Source of the DNA: Candidatus Deferrimicrobiaceae bacterium
GTDB lineage: Bacteria > Desulfobacterota > Deferrimicrobia > Deferrimicrobiales > Deferrimicrobiaceae
Reading direction: 5' to 3'
Assembly (NCBI GenBank): GCA_963792415.1
Contig: CAWBVY010000007.1
Location: forward strand, 128,001 to 192,000
Length of the DNA stretch: 64,000 nt
Each line of letters starts with the position of its first letter. Position 1 is the stretch's first letter. The notes beneath the pieces are model-generated. The model made no database searches, was not told where the DNA came from, and was given only the letters and a program-made list of their open reading frames with translations. A program made the position numbers and the translations under genes. This document shows, piece by piece, positions 27,549-38,227 of the stretch.

Positions 27549-28153
27549 GGCTCCTGATCGCATCGAAGAACCGTGGGAAGGTCCTCGAGATCCGGGCGCT
27601 CCTCGGGCTCGCGCTGCAGAAGGTCGTCGAGGTCATCACGCTGGCGGAACTGCCGGATGTCGACCAGCCGCGGGAAAGCGGGCGGACGTTCGCCGAAAAC
27701 GCGCGGATCAAGGCGATTCACTACGCAAAAACGCACAAGATCCTGTGCATCGCCGACGACTCGGGGCTCGCGGTGGACGCGCTGGGGGGGCTCCCCGGGG
27801 TGCGCTCCGCGCGGTTCGCCGGGGAAGGGGCCTCCGACGCGGCGAATAACGCGCATCTGCTCCACGAACTCGCGCCGTTCGCTCGCCCGTGGAAGGCGGG
27901 GTTCGTCTGCGTGGCGGCGGCGGCGCTTCCGCATCGGGTGGTCGCGGAGGCGATGGGAAAAATTGAGGGGGAGATTCTTCCCCAGGGGCGCGGCCGCGAC
28001 GGCTTCGGGTACGACCCGCTCTTCTTCGTCCCCTCCCTCGGGAAGACGATGGCGGAGCTTTCGACGACGGAGAAGAACCAGGTCAGCCACCGGGGCCACG
28101 CACTTCGTGCGCTGATTGCCGAGATGAAAATCGCCGGGCTGCTGCTTTCGTAG
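27545..28153 (+). CDS. rdgB: dITP/XTP pyrophosphatase
   Basis: [28 protein letters not shown]; follows rph. Confidence 0.95.
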   Translation: MRLLIASKNRGKVLEIRALLGLALQKVVEVITLAELPDVDQPRESGRTFAENARIKAIHYAKTHKILCIADDSGLAVDALGGLPGVRSARFAGEGASDAANNAHLLHELAPFARPWKAGFVCVAAAALPHRVVAEAMGKIEGEILPQGRGRDGFGYDPLFFVPSLGKTMAELSTTEKNQVSHRGHALRALIAEMKIAGLLLS

Positions 28154-28189
28154 CGGCCGGGTTATACTTCAATCCACTGTTTTTTCCGT

Positions 28190-28266
28190 CGGGACGTGGC
28201 GCAGCCTGGTAGCGCATCTGCTTTGGGAGCAGAGGGTCGCTGGTTCGAATCCAGTCGTCCCGACCA
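28190..28266 (+). tRNA. tRNA-Pro (anticodon TGG)
   Basis: CGGGACG/CGTCCCG acceptor stem, D-loop CCTGGTA, anticodon arm TCTGC-TTTGGGA-GCAGA, GGTTCGAATCC, encoded CCA. Confidence 0.97.
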
Positions 28267-28349
28267 TCTTTTTCGACTACTTGCGGGTTTTAGTGCCCGT
28301 ACATTTTCCGGTTTTGCGACCAATTTGTGACCGACTTCGCCGTTCCCCG

Positions 28350-28455
28350 TCCAATTCGGAAGGGTATTGACCGCGTTCCTTAAGAACCCCGGGCTTAAGG
28401 GAGCGTATCGTTCGGTCATCTCGATGGAGCGACGGCCGAGAACCTCCCTCTCCTT
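28350..28455 (-). pseudogene. Degenerate C-terminal remnant of a tyrosine integrase
   Basis: Translates as EVLGRRSIEMTERYAPLSPGFLRNAVNTL, matching box II LLGH.S..MT.RYAH with both His residues lost. It lies next to the tRNA 3' end. Confidence 0.7.
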
Positions 28456-28640
28456 ACGGGGTCGGGAGACGTACCTCCGGCCCTTCCCGTTTCCTCAGTC
28501 GTGAGCGATTGTCAAAGAGCGTGGATCATCCTGTCAACGTAGTTTGAGCCGAAAACGGAGCGGTGCCGCTCCCTGCCTATATTATTGACTTGTAGGTCGA
28601 TGCGGCCTACGTTCAAACATCTCTAGTTGAAGGGCAACCG

Positions 28641-29483
28641 ATGTACGCTGCTATCCCGATCGTCGTTGTCATCGTTGTTGTATTGGCATATCTGTATGGC
28701 CGAAAGACATCCCCCAAAACAACGCAGGCACGAACTGAAACCTCAAACATGATCGTCTCGTATAGTGAAAGTCCGTCATCCTCCGACGAACCGCCGGAAG
28801 AATCGCGCAACCAGGATGCGTGGGAGGGTTGGTTCTCAGACGCGACCAACCCCTTAACCGTTGAAATTACTCTCCGCTTGAAATACACGGATGGAAATCA
28901 GAAACAGACCGAACGAGTTGTCGATGTGGAGCAATATGATGAAAATCTTTATGGCGGAATAATTCTCGGTCATTGCTGGCTTCTTCAAGGAACAAGGACA
29001 TTCAGGGTAGACAGGATAAACAGTTGCGTCGTTCAGAGTACCGGGGAAGTCGTGGCAGACGTGCGGGCGTTTCTCCGGGAGATTTACGATAAAAGTGTCC
29101 ATTCGACAATTGACAGGTTGCGCGATGAAGAGCGCGACCTTCTGACAGTTTTTCTGTTCATCGGAAAAGCCGATGACAGGTTGATAAAAAAAGAGGTCGA
29201 TATCGTCGCTGAGATGTGCCGCGAACTAACAGGGGATCAAAGAGTCACCTGGGAAATCGCCTTGAAGATGCTGAATCGATTCGAAATACCAAGCCTCGCT
29301 GCGTACAGAATGGCGGTAGGCACGTTGGTATCGCTTCCCGAGGAAAGACGATTGGCGATCATTCGGAGAGCGGAGTCCATCGTTGGAACGCAGAAAACCA
29401 TTAGTCGTGCCGAGCAGGATGCCATTGCATACCTGAAGAAGACATTAACAACGGGACAAGAGGAAGTCCCCGCCTCCTCATAA
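28641..29483 (+). CDS. Membrane-anchored WYL-domain protein with TerB-like C-terminal domain
   Basis: N-terminal TM helix; LKYTD..QTERVV..GHCWL..RTFRVDRI (WYL); FIGKADD.L.KKE..and..ISRAE (TerB-like repeats). Confidence 0.7.
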   Translation: MYAAIPIVVVIVVVLAYLYGRKTSPKTTQARTETSNMIVSYSESPSSSDEPPEESRNQDAWEGWFSDATNPLTVEITLRLKYTDGNQKQTERVVDVEQYDENLYGGIILGHCWLLQGTRTFRVDRINSCVVQSTGEVVADVRAFLREIYDKSVHSTIDRLRDEERDLLTVFLFIGKADDRLIKKEVDIVAEMCRELTGDQRVTWEIALKMLNRFEIPSLAAYRMAVGTLVSLPEERRLAIIRRAESIVGTQKTISRAEQDAIAYLKKTLTTGQEEVPASS

Positions 29484-29931
29484 GTCCCGATCTCCCTCTT
29501 CCCCATGCACGGGTATGGGGAGGAATCCCGCCGCCTTCAAACCCGCTTCATGCGCCCGGCGTATCTTCAAGCAGTCCATCGGACGGCCCGCTTTCCAGGG
29601 AACGTTGTCCCGGATCGCAGACTTGGATCTACCAGTCTTTCCGGTCCGAGGGCCGTAACACCTTGACACCCATCCCTCAGCCCTCCTTTCCCGTATCAAC
29701 CCCTTCCTTCCAATCCCCGCACCAATCGTTTCTTTCGACTCTTGCGAAAAGGAACTCTACATAAGGGAGCGACGTCTTTGTCGCCGGGCAGGTCTCGCAA
29801 CGCGTCGGGAGGGTTCGCCTGATGCTGGAAGTCCGGGGGAAGGGATCGTGTGAATATCCCCTGAAGATTCCGACCGGAAATGTCGAAGGACTCCTGGAGA
29901 CGCAGAAACTGACCGGAACGGGGAGGACGCG

Positions 29932-30174
29932 GTGGACAGGAAAGAGTACGAAGCACTTCTCGTCGCAATCGAACATGCGATCGAAGTCTCGGTATCGGGG
30001 GCGGCGGAGGATTCCCGGGGATGCCGCCGGGGTATTCATTTTCAAAAGCCCGGCCGGCTCGGAAAAACGGACCGGGAACGTGATCGCCTTTACAACGACA
30101 CCGATGTCGACGGCAGCGACTCCTGCATCGACGCATCCGCCAGGGTGGGTATCGGGATGGCTGGAGGGGACTGA
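29932..30174 (+). CDS. Hypothetical protein
   Basis: RBS GGGAGG before GTG; downstream hairpin GCGGAAGAGCCCC/GGGGTTTTCCGC at about 30229-30265. Confidence 0.45.
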   Translation: MDRKEYEALLVAIEHAIEVSVSGAAEDSRGCRRGIHFQKPGRLGKTDRERDRLYNDTDVDGSDSCIDASARVGIGMAGGD

Positions 30175-30578
30175 AGCCGGAAGATAACTGAGCCTGCCCT
30201 TCGCAGTTCGTCCCCTGGGCAGTCCCGGCGGAAGAGCCCCGCCCGTGAGCGAGGGGTTTTCCGCTTCCTGAAGTCCGTAGATGTACCTCCCGAGCAGTTC
30301 GCGCCGCCTCATGTCCCCTCACCCCCCATCCCGGATTTGCTTCCCTTCGCAGAGAGTGGATCAAACGAAAAGGGAGCACCGCCTCGGCACCCGCTGTTCG
30401 CACCGGGCTCGCATCATTTACGGCCGCATTCCGAATAGATCGCTCCAAAGGAATTCCGGGGAGCAGAACGCAATTTCTCGGCAAATATTTCCCCAAAGAG
30501 AGGATTGCATCTCACCGGTAGCATTTCCTGAAAGATGAAATGCTTGTTTTATTCAGCAATTAAGACCCGACGATTCAC

Positions 30579-30594
30579 TGGCGTGAATATTGCT
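30579..30594 (+). promoter_or_regulatory. Sigma54 promoter
   Basis: TGGCGT-GAATA-TTGCT, GG-N10-GC, preceded by an AT-rich tract. Confidence 0.65.
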
Positions 30595-30689
30595 CTTAAG
30601 TCACTCGAGATTTTTTCGAAGGAAAGCGTTGATCCTGAACGGGAAGGAGGAGAGTGGACAAAGCCCGCGGCAGTGAAAGGAGGAGGGCC

Positions 30690-30878
30690 ATGAAAAAGCT
30701 TTGGAGTCCTTTAGGGAAATTGATGGATTTCTTTGATATCATGGTTCTTGTGTTACTATTTACGGCTCTTGCTTTTTCTGTTGGATATCAAGTTGGTTTT
30801 ACTGCTGGATTAGACACAAAAGTTACCTTGGTTGGGGAGAAGTACACAATGTTATTAAAGGGTAATAGTAAGAGATGA
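30690..30878 (+). CDS. Small AT-rich single-TM hypothetical protein
   Basis: RBS AAGGAGGAGG; one hydrophobic helix. Confidence 0.5.
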   Translation: MKKLWSPLGKLMDFFDIMVLVLLFTALAFSVGYQVGFTAGLDTKVTLVGEKYTMLLKGNSKR

Positions 30879-30914
30879 TGTGTAATTATTACATTAATTA
30901 ATGAGGTTTTAGGT

Positions 30915-31154
30915 ATGAAGACCTATACGGTGTACCGTTTCGATTACGCCCGGCAGGAGAGGGAGCCGGTAGGGAAGCTGCTGGAACGCCGGATCAAGGA
31001 CCGCGGGAATAACACCGAGGCTCTCTTACGGCTGGCTCGAAAATTATACTCGACTTCGTCGTTGGATTCGCACATCGTCATCACCCCGGATCCTTTCATT
31101 TCACCGGTCTTCCCGTCTTCGGTTCCCCGTGGCGCGGGCGAAACGGCGGACTAG
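30915..31154 (+). CDS. Small hypothetical protein
   Basis: RBS GAGG; protein-like sequence MKTYTVYRFDY..PVGKLLERR..RGNN. Confidence 0.6.
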   Translation: MKTYTVYRFDYARQEREPVGKLLERRIKDRGNNTEALLRLARKLYSTSSLDSHIVITPDPFISPVFPSSVPRGAGETAD

Positions 31155-31693
31155 CCCCGCGGGATCGATCCATCCTCCATGCCGGATGTGAATAGGTAAA
31201 GAACCGATGCGATGAACCCCGCGATCGCCTCGGGGTCGTTCAGGTCGAGAACGGGGACGTCCAGATCGAGCGGTTCGTCGCTGGCCACCGCCACCAGGTC
31301 GGGATCGGTCCGTTCGCCGCGGCAGATGAGCGCGCGGCGGAATTCCCTCCGGTGGACCTCGATCTTCGGGAGGGAGCTCCCCCGGAACCCTTCGACGAGG
31401 ACAAGATCCATATCGCTGAAATAGCGCTCGAGCAGTTCCCCGATCGGGGGCGAGACCGCGTGCTGCTTCACCATCGCCAGCTTCGAAGCCGAGGTGATCA
31501 TCATCGTGTCGGCGCCGGCCGCGGTGAGCCGGTGGCTGTCCTTCCCCGGGTGATCGATGTCGAACCGGTGCGCGTCGTGCTTGACCACCCCCACCCGCAA
31601 TCCTTTCCGCTTCATCGCGGGGATGAGCCGCTCCAGCAGGGTCGTCTTCCCTGCCCCGGAGTTCCCGACGATGGCGATGGCGCGTGGTTTCAT
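31151..31693 (-). CDS. mobB: Molybdopterin-guanine dinucleotide biosynthesis protein B
   Basis: GNSGAGKTT, KHDAHRFDID.PGKDS, DLVLVEGF. Confidence 0.93.
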   Translation of the reverse strand: MKPRAIAIVGNSGAGKTTLLERLIPAMKRKGLRVGVVKHDAHRFDIDHPGKDSHRLTAAGADTMMITSASKLAMVKQHAVSPPIGELLERYFSDMDLVLVEGFRGSSLPKIEVHRREFRRALICRGERTDPDLVAVASDEPLDLDVPVLDLNDPEAIAGFIASVLYLFTSGMEDGSIPRG

Positions 31694-31795
31694 CAAGGAG
31701 AAATCCCCCGTTGGAATAAGGTATCACACCCGTTCTTCCCGAAGGGGAAGGGGCAATTCCTGAAATCCGGCTCCTTCGCCGTCAGTATAAATGAA

Positions 31796-31823
31796 TTGAC
31801 ATTTATCGATTTACTGGTACGCT
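31796..31823 (+). promoter_or_regulatory. Sigma70-like promoter of the ars genes
   Basis: TTGACA-N16-TACGCT in AT-rich intergenic DNA. Confidence 0.5.
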
Positions 31824-31871
31824 TATGACCATGAGCAACTCTCCCGGTTGGGGTGAAACAAGGAGCGAAGG

Positions 31872-32111
31872 ATGAAGACGCTGCAGATTCTCGGGACGGG
31901 ATGCCCGAATTGCACGAAACTGATGGAGAACACGGAGGCGGCGGCGACACGACTCGGAATCCCGCACCGGATCGAAAAGGTCACCGAGATCGGGAAGATC
32001 GTGGCGTTCGGGGTGATGTCGACGCCCGCGCTGGCTGTGGACGGTGTGGTCAAGTTTTCGGGGAAGATTCCGACGACGGAGGAAATCGAGCGGATCCTCG
32101 CCTCGGCCTGA
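31872..32111 (+). CDS. Small thioredoxin-like protein (MTH895/redox-active disulfide protein 2 family)
   Basis: ILGTGCPNC, GVMSTPALAVDG. Confidence 0.9.
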   Translation: MKTLQILGTGCPNCTKLMENTEAAATRLGIPHRIEKVTEIGKIVAFGVMSTPALAVDGVVKFSGKIPTTEEIERILASA

Positions 32112-32216
32112 ACCGATCGTGGACCGCTGGACAGTGTGTCCCATGGACAAGGGCAACGATGACGGCAGGATTCCCTTGACGAGGGGGATGGGCCGCAAGG
32201 GCGGAGGCTGCCGCGG

Positions 32217-33306
<1,090 letters not shown>

Positions 33307-33314
<8 letters not shown>

Positions 33315-34434
33315 GGAGGGCGAAGAGAAGCCGGGTCGCCGTTCCGTCGCGGGGGGGGGCGGGAAAGCCCCCGCGGCTGTCCCCACCGGCACCCCGTCGC
33401 CCGTTGCGGAGGCCGGGGCGGGGCGGTACCTCCTTGCCGGGGCGCTTCTCTTCCCGGCCTGGTGGGCTCTGTACCTCGGCCTGCCGACGTTTTCGAAGTG
33501 GTTCGCGTACTCCCTGTTGTCGCTTCCTCCCTTCTCGCGGATCGGCACGGCCGTCGAGTTCTTCGTCTACGACGGCCCCAAGGTCCTTCTCCTCCTCACC
33601 CTCGTGGTCTTCGGGGTGGGCATCGTGCGGTCTTTTTTCACCCCGGAGCGTGCCCGGAAAATCCTCTCGGGGAAGCGGGAGGCGGTTGGGAACGTGATGG
33701 CGGCCCTCCTGGGGATCGTGACCCCCTTCTGCTCCTGTTCGGCGGTCCCCCTGTTCATCGGGTTCGTCACTTCGGGCGTCCCGCTCGGCGTGACGTTCTC
33801 CTTCCTCGTTTCCGCGCCGATGGTCAACGAAGTGGCGCTGGTCCTTCTTTTCGGCCTGTTCGGGTGGAAGATCGCTTCCCTCTATCTCGGGACGGGGCTC
33901 GCGATCGCGATGCTGTCCGGCTGGGTGATCGGGCGTCTCGGGATGGAGCGGCACGTGGAGGAGTGGGTCTACGCGATCCCCTCCGGCGCGGACGGCGCGT
34001 CGTCGGGGGAACGCCTGTCGTGGCGGGACCGGATCCGGTATGGCATCGACGCCGTCCGGGACATCGTCGGAAAGGTGTGGCCGTACGTGCTGGCGGGGAT
34101 CGCCGTGGGGGCGGCGATCCACGGGTACGTGCCGGAGAACTTCATGGCCGGGATCATGGGGGCCCGGGCCTGGTGGTCGGTCCCGCTGGCGGTCCTGATC
34201 GGGATCCCGATGTATTCGAACGCCGCGGGGATCATCCCGATCGTACAGGCCCTTCTCGAAAAAGGTGCGGCGCTGGGGACGGTGCTCGCCTTCATGATGT
34301 CGGTCATCGCCCTCTCGTTTCCCGAGATGATCATCCTCCGGAAGGTGCTGAAAGTCCGCCTGATCGCGACGTTCGCCGGCGTGGTGGGGACCGGCATCCT
34401 TCTCGTGGGCTTCCTCTTCAACCTGGTCGTATGA
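33307..34434 (+). CDS. ArsP-family (DUF318) permease
   Basis: TPFCSCS, APMVNE, GIPMYSN, ALSFPE; the start is uncertain. Confidence 0.88.
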
Positions 34435-34458
34435 GGCCGCCCCCGCCGCCCGGGATCC

Positions 34459-34896
34459 TCAGACGTCGAGCACGACGACGGCGCGCCATCCGTCCGGGGT
34501 TCTCTCCACCGCGAGACGGTGCAGGGTCACCGCCTTGACGTCCGCCAGGAGGGCGTGTTTTCCGGAGTCGATCGTCTCCCCGACCGCCTCGGCGTGGAGG
34601 CGATATCCCGATCCGGCCTCCTCGATCCGCAGGTCTCGTATCCGGAGCAGGAGCCGCCCGGCGTCCTTGTGGTAGACGAGCTCCTGAAGGAGCTCGAACA
34701 GGAGAAGATCGAGGGAATCGGCGGCAAGGGAGAATACGCGGCCCTCCAGGGGAGCGACCGTCCCGATGTCCTCCACCATCGTATTGAGCGTCGCGTCGGC
34801 CGCGGCGATGAACGCCTCCTCCTTTGTTGCGCCACGCGCCTCGAAGGCCACGTCCGCCGTGGCGATCCCCTCCAGGTACCGGTACGGCGAGGTCAT
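34459..34896 (-). CDS. Archease
   Basis: YRYLE..TADVAFEARG, DVKAVTLH, C-terminal VVLDV; overlaps the rtcB stop. Confidence 0.9.
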   Translation of the reverse strand: MTSPYRYLEGIATADVAFEARGATKEEAFIAAADATLNTMVEDIGTVAPLEGRVFSLAADSLDLLLFELLQELVYHKDAGRLLLRIRDLRIEEAGSGYRLHAEAVGETIDSGKHALLADVKAVTLHRLAVERTPDGWRAVVVLDV

Positions 34897-36350
34897 CCCT
34901 TCACGTTTCCGACCGGGAGCAGGCGGACGACCCGCCGGCTGAGCCCGGCGTGCTCCGTGGCCTCGACCACGTCGTCGATGTTCTTGTAGGCGCCCCCCGC
35001 CTCCTCGGCGAGGCCGGACCAGCTCGCCGTCCGGACGTAGATCCCCCGTTGCTCCAGCTGCTCCTGGAGCTGTCGCCCGCGGTACCGTTTCCTGGCCGCG
35101 GTCCGGCTCATCGCGCGCCCGCTGCCGTGCGCGGTGGTGAAGAAGGTCGAATCGCCGGTGCCGACTCCCGCCAGAAGGTACGACCCGGTCTCCATGCTCC
35201 CGCCGAGGATCACCGGCTGGCCGGTCTCCCGATAGATATCGGGGAGTCCCTGCATCCCGGGACCGAACGCGCGGGTCGCCCCCTTCCTGTGGACGAGCAG
35301 TTCCCGCGGTTTCCCCTCGAAGACGTGGCGCTCGATCTTGGCCGTGTTGTGCGAGACGTCGTAGACCTGGCGCATCCCGAGGTCTTTCGGGTCCTTCCCG
35401 AACACCTCGGAGAACACCTCGCGGATCCGGTGGAGGATGACCTGCCGGTTGACGAAGGACATGTTGACGGCGCACTTCATGGCGGCGAAGTAGTCCTGCC
35501 CCTCCGGGGAGCGGAAAGGCGCGCACGCCAACTCCCGGTCGGGGACATGGATCCCGTACTTCCCCCGCATCGCCGCGAGGAAGACCCGGAGATAGTCGGT
35601 CGCAACCTGGTGGCCGAATCCCCGGCTGCCGCAGTGGAACATCACGACCACCTGGTCGGGGAGGACGATGCCGAAGGCTCTGGCGGTTTCCGGGTCGAAG
35701 ACGTTTTCGGCCCTGGCGACCTGGATCTCCAGATAATGGTTCCCCGATCCCAGGGTGCCGATCTGCCGGTACCCCCGGTCGACCGCCTTCTCGCTCACCC
35801 GCGAGGCGTCGGCGCCGGAAAGGCATCCGCCTTCCTCGGTCCGGTCGAGATCCTCCTTCCAGCCGAACCCGCGCTTCACCGCCCACCGGGCCCCCTGTTC
35901 CACGGCATCGCGGAACTCGTCCCGGGAGACCCGTACGGTCCCCTCCTCGCCCACGCCGGCGGGAACGCGCCCGGCCACGCGGTCCACGAGGGTCCGGAGG
36001 CGCGGCTGGACCTCCCCGTACGTCAGGTTCGTGAGGCAGAGCCGCATCCCGCAGTTGATGTCGAAGCCGATTCCGCCCGGGGAGATCACCCCGTGGTCGG
36101 GGTCCATCGCGGCGAGGCCGCCGATCGGGAAACCGTACCCCCAGTGGCCGTCGGGCATGCAGCAGGCGTGCCCCACGATTCCGGGGAGGGTGGCGACGTT
36201 CGTGATCTGTTCGAAGACGCCGTCGTCGAATTCCGAAAGGAGCTTCTCCGAGGCGAAGACGCGTGCCGGCACGAGCATCCCCGCCTTGTGGGAGACGGGG
36301 ATCTCCCAGACCGTATCGGAAATCCGCCGGATATCCTTCGGCACGGACAC
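34893..36350 (-). CDS. rtcB: RNA-splicing/repair ligase RtcB (archaeal/eukaryotic-like, archease-associated)
   Basis: MPDGHWGYGFPIG, GFDINCG, GTLGSGNHY, HCGSRG, HN, HRKGAT, HGSGR, EEA..AYK. Confidence 0.96.
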   Translation of the reverse strand: MSVPKDIRRISDTVWEIPVSHKAGMLVPARVFASEKLLSEFDDGVFEQITNVATLPGIVGHACCMPDGHWGYGFPIGGLAAMDPDHGVISPGGIGFDINCGMRLCLTNLTYGEVQPRLRTLVDRVAGRVPAGVGEEGTVRVSRDEFRDAVEQGARWAVKRGFGWKEDLDRTEEGGCLSGADASRVSEKAVDRGYRQIGTLGSGNHYLEIQVARAENVFDPETARAFGIVLPDQVVVMFHCGSRGFGHQVATDYLRVFLAAMRGKYGIHVPDRELACAPFRSPEGQDYFAAMKCAVNMSFVNRQVILHRIREVFSEVFGKDPKDLGMRQVYDVSHNTAKIERHVFEGKPRELLVHRKGATRAFGPGMQGLPDIYRETGQPVILGGSMETGSYLLAGVGTGDSTFFTTAHGSGRAMSRTAARKRYRGRQLQEQLEQRGIYVRTASWSGLAEEAGGAYKNIDDVVEATEHAGLSRRVVRLLPVGNVKG

Positions 36351-36422
36351 GGTGCGCCTCCTTCCGTCGGCTCTTCGTCCATTATATCGCGGGGCGCTGC
36401 GCGACCGGTTCCTTCCGCCGGT

Positions 36423-37349
36423 TCAACGCGGTGACGTCCCCGCGAACCGGGGGGACGTCCGCACGAGCGCCTCCGCCAGGCTGGACAGTTCCCCGCGAAG
36501 ATCCGGGTCGAGCGCCTGCAGCCACCTCCGGGGGATCGCGTCGAGCCCGTACCGTGCGCCCGCGATCGCGCCGGCGATGGACCCCGTCGTGTCCGCGTCG
36601 CCCCCCCGGTTCACCGTTTTCACGACGCAATCCTCGAAGCTGTCCGTGGAGAAGAAGGCGTCGAACACCGTTCGGAGCGTGTCCACCACGTAGGCGGACG
36701 AATTGCCGTCATACCCCTCGAGGCGGAACTCGGGGTGTCGTGCGGCCAATTCCTCCGCCGCCGCCCGCAGGTCCCGCAGCGGCGCGCCGAGAAGGCCCCG
36801 CTGGATCATCTTCCCCACCGACACGCACGCCGCGTCGGACAGCCGGTGGTGGTGGGTGATGCGCGCCTGCTCGACCGCGAGGCGGGAGAGGAGGTCCTCG
36901 TTGCCGAGCGTGTGGAGCGCGACCGGGGCGACCCGCATCGCCGCGCCGTTTCCCGCGCCCCGCTCGTCGGGGGGCGCTTCGAGCCGTCCCTTTTCCATGT
37001 ACGCCTCGATCCCGCGACGGCAGGTGGCGCCCACGTCCGCGGGGTTCCCCGATAGCCAATGGGCAAACCGGTCCGCGATCGGCCCGAGAGCCCACCGTCC
37101 CGATCGGACGATGCCCCTGGCGACGCAAAGGGTCATTTCCGTGTCGTCGGTGACCTGTCCCGGCGACAGCTTCAACCAGCCCCCGCCGACGATCTCCCTG
37201 AGGACGCCGTACCGGTCGTGGATCTGGGCCGGCGTCATGAATTCGGCCGTGGCCCCCAGCGCGTCTCCCACGGCGACGCCGAAGAGCGCCGCGCGCGCGC
37301 GGTCGACGATCCCCGGCACGTCCCGGGGGGGTGTCCCTCGGGTACTCAA
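36423..37349 (-). CDS. draG: ADP-ribosyl-[dinitrogenase reductase] hydrolase-like protein
   Basis: GDALGAT.EFMT, GGGWL.L.PGQVTDDTEM, GNGAAMR, GGDADTTG; TTG start overlaps the draT stop, with RBS GAGGAG. Confidence 0.88.
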   Translation of the reverse strand: MSTRGTPPRDVPGIVDRARAALFGVAVGDALGATAEFMTPAQIHDRYGVLREIVGGGWLKLSPGQVTDDTEMTLCVARGIVRSGRWALGPIADRFAHWLSGNPADVGATCRRGIEAYMEKGRLEAPPDERGAGNGAAMRVAPVALHTLGNEDLLSRLAVEQARITHHHRLSDAACVSVGKMIQRGLLGAPLRDLRAAAEELAARHPEFRLEGYDGNSSAYVVDTLRTVFDAFFSTDSFEDCVVKTVNRGGDADTTGSIAGAIAGARYGLDAIPRRWLQALDPDLRGELSSLAEALVRTSPRFAGTSPR

Positions 37350-38143
37350 TAGCTCCTCACGGCGACTTCGAAATCCCCGCCGATGACCATCGCCTCCTCT
37401 TCTCCCTTCGGGAGGACGTCCGGCAGGAGGTCCGCGCGGAAGAAGATCTTCGCGGCGGGGACGTCGGCCTCGAAGATGTGTCCCCCGAACTCCCAGGCGT
37501 GCTCGAGCCGGCCGGAGAAGGAGTTGAGGTTGTTCAACCGGACGACGAGCCGGTTCCCGCCGGGGTTCCCGAGAACCCGGTAATCCGCGAGGTTGCGGAT
37601 TCCCCGGTACAGGGTGAAGGAGGGGACTCCCGGATGCCGCCGTCGCAATTCGTGCTGGACGAACTCGTAGAGAAGGTCGAACTGGGCCTCCACGGCGTTC
37701 GTCCGCGCGCTCTCCCGCATCCGCTCGGCGAGGTAGAGGAGGTACTCTCTCGAATCGATCCCCTCGATCCGGCCGGCATGGAAGACCGGGGGGAGGCCGA
37801 AGCGGCTCTCGACCCATCCTTTCAGCACCGCCCCCTCCGCCGAACTCGCGTCGAGCATCCATCCGCGGAGGAACCGGAGGTAGCTGTTCCGGAGCGACCG
37901 GCGGCCGAGGGGGGTCGCTTCCCGCCGCCATTTTCCGGATTGAAACACCAGGTCGATGTAGTCCCGGAAGCACCGTTGGCGCCCCGCGGGGTCGGCGAGG
38001 CTTTCCAGGCGGGAGAAGAAGGATTGGTGGGCGCGTCGGACCCCCTGGATCTCGAGGGGGAGGGGGTGCCGGTTGAAGCGGGGGGACGCGATCACCCACG
38101 GGGGTTGGTCGCAACGGTTTACCGGCAGGGTATCGGTGCCCAT
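37346..38143 (-). CDS. draT: NAD+--dinitrogenase reductase ADP-ribosyltransferase-like protein
   Basis: YLRFLRGW, EGAVLKGWVESRFGL, LYRG, LNNLNSFS, GEEE.MVIGG (R-S-ExE signature). Confidence 0.88.
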   Translation of the reverse strand: MGTDTLPVNRCDQPPWVIASPRFNRHPLPLEIQGVRRAHQSFFSRLESLADPAGRQRCFRDYIDLVFQSGKWRREATPLGRRSLRNSYLRFLRGWMLDASSAEGAVLKGWVESRFGLPPVFHAGRIEGIDSREYLLYLAERMRESARTNAVEAQFDLLYEFVQHELRRRHPGVPSFTLYRGIRNLADYRVLGNPGGNRLVVRLNNLNSFSGRLEHAWEFGGHIFEADVPAAKIFFRADLLPDVLPKGEEEAMVIGGDFEVAVRSY

Positions 38144-38227
38144 CCGATCATGCTACCACCGAATATAAAAAACCGGTTTATACTTGGGAGACCCGAGTGT
38201 CAATGCGGGGGACGAAAGGAGAGGCCG

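Larger units (their letters stand above)
28267..31150. mobile_element. Small decayed genomic island at tRNA-Pro
   Basis: Visibly lower GC, an integrase remnant and orphan ORFs. No att duplicate was seen, so the right boundary is approximate. Confidence 0.55.

Noticed and set aside
29478-29990. Minus-strand fragments (DWCGDW motif, IRDNVPWK) as genes or pseudogenes
   Set aside because: They may be decayed genes, but I could not assign a consistent frame, start or family.
33351-33359. Poly-G tracts (also 20741-20748 and 61431-61439) as phase-variation switches
   Set aside because: The tracts are only 8-9 nt, in frame, encode Gly runs, and are expected at this GC level.
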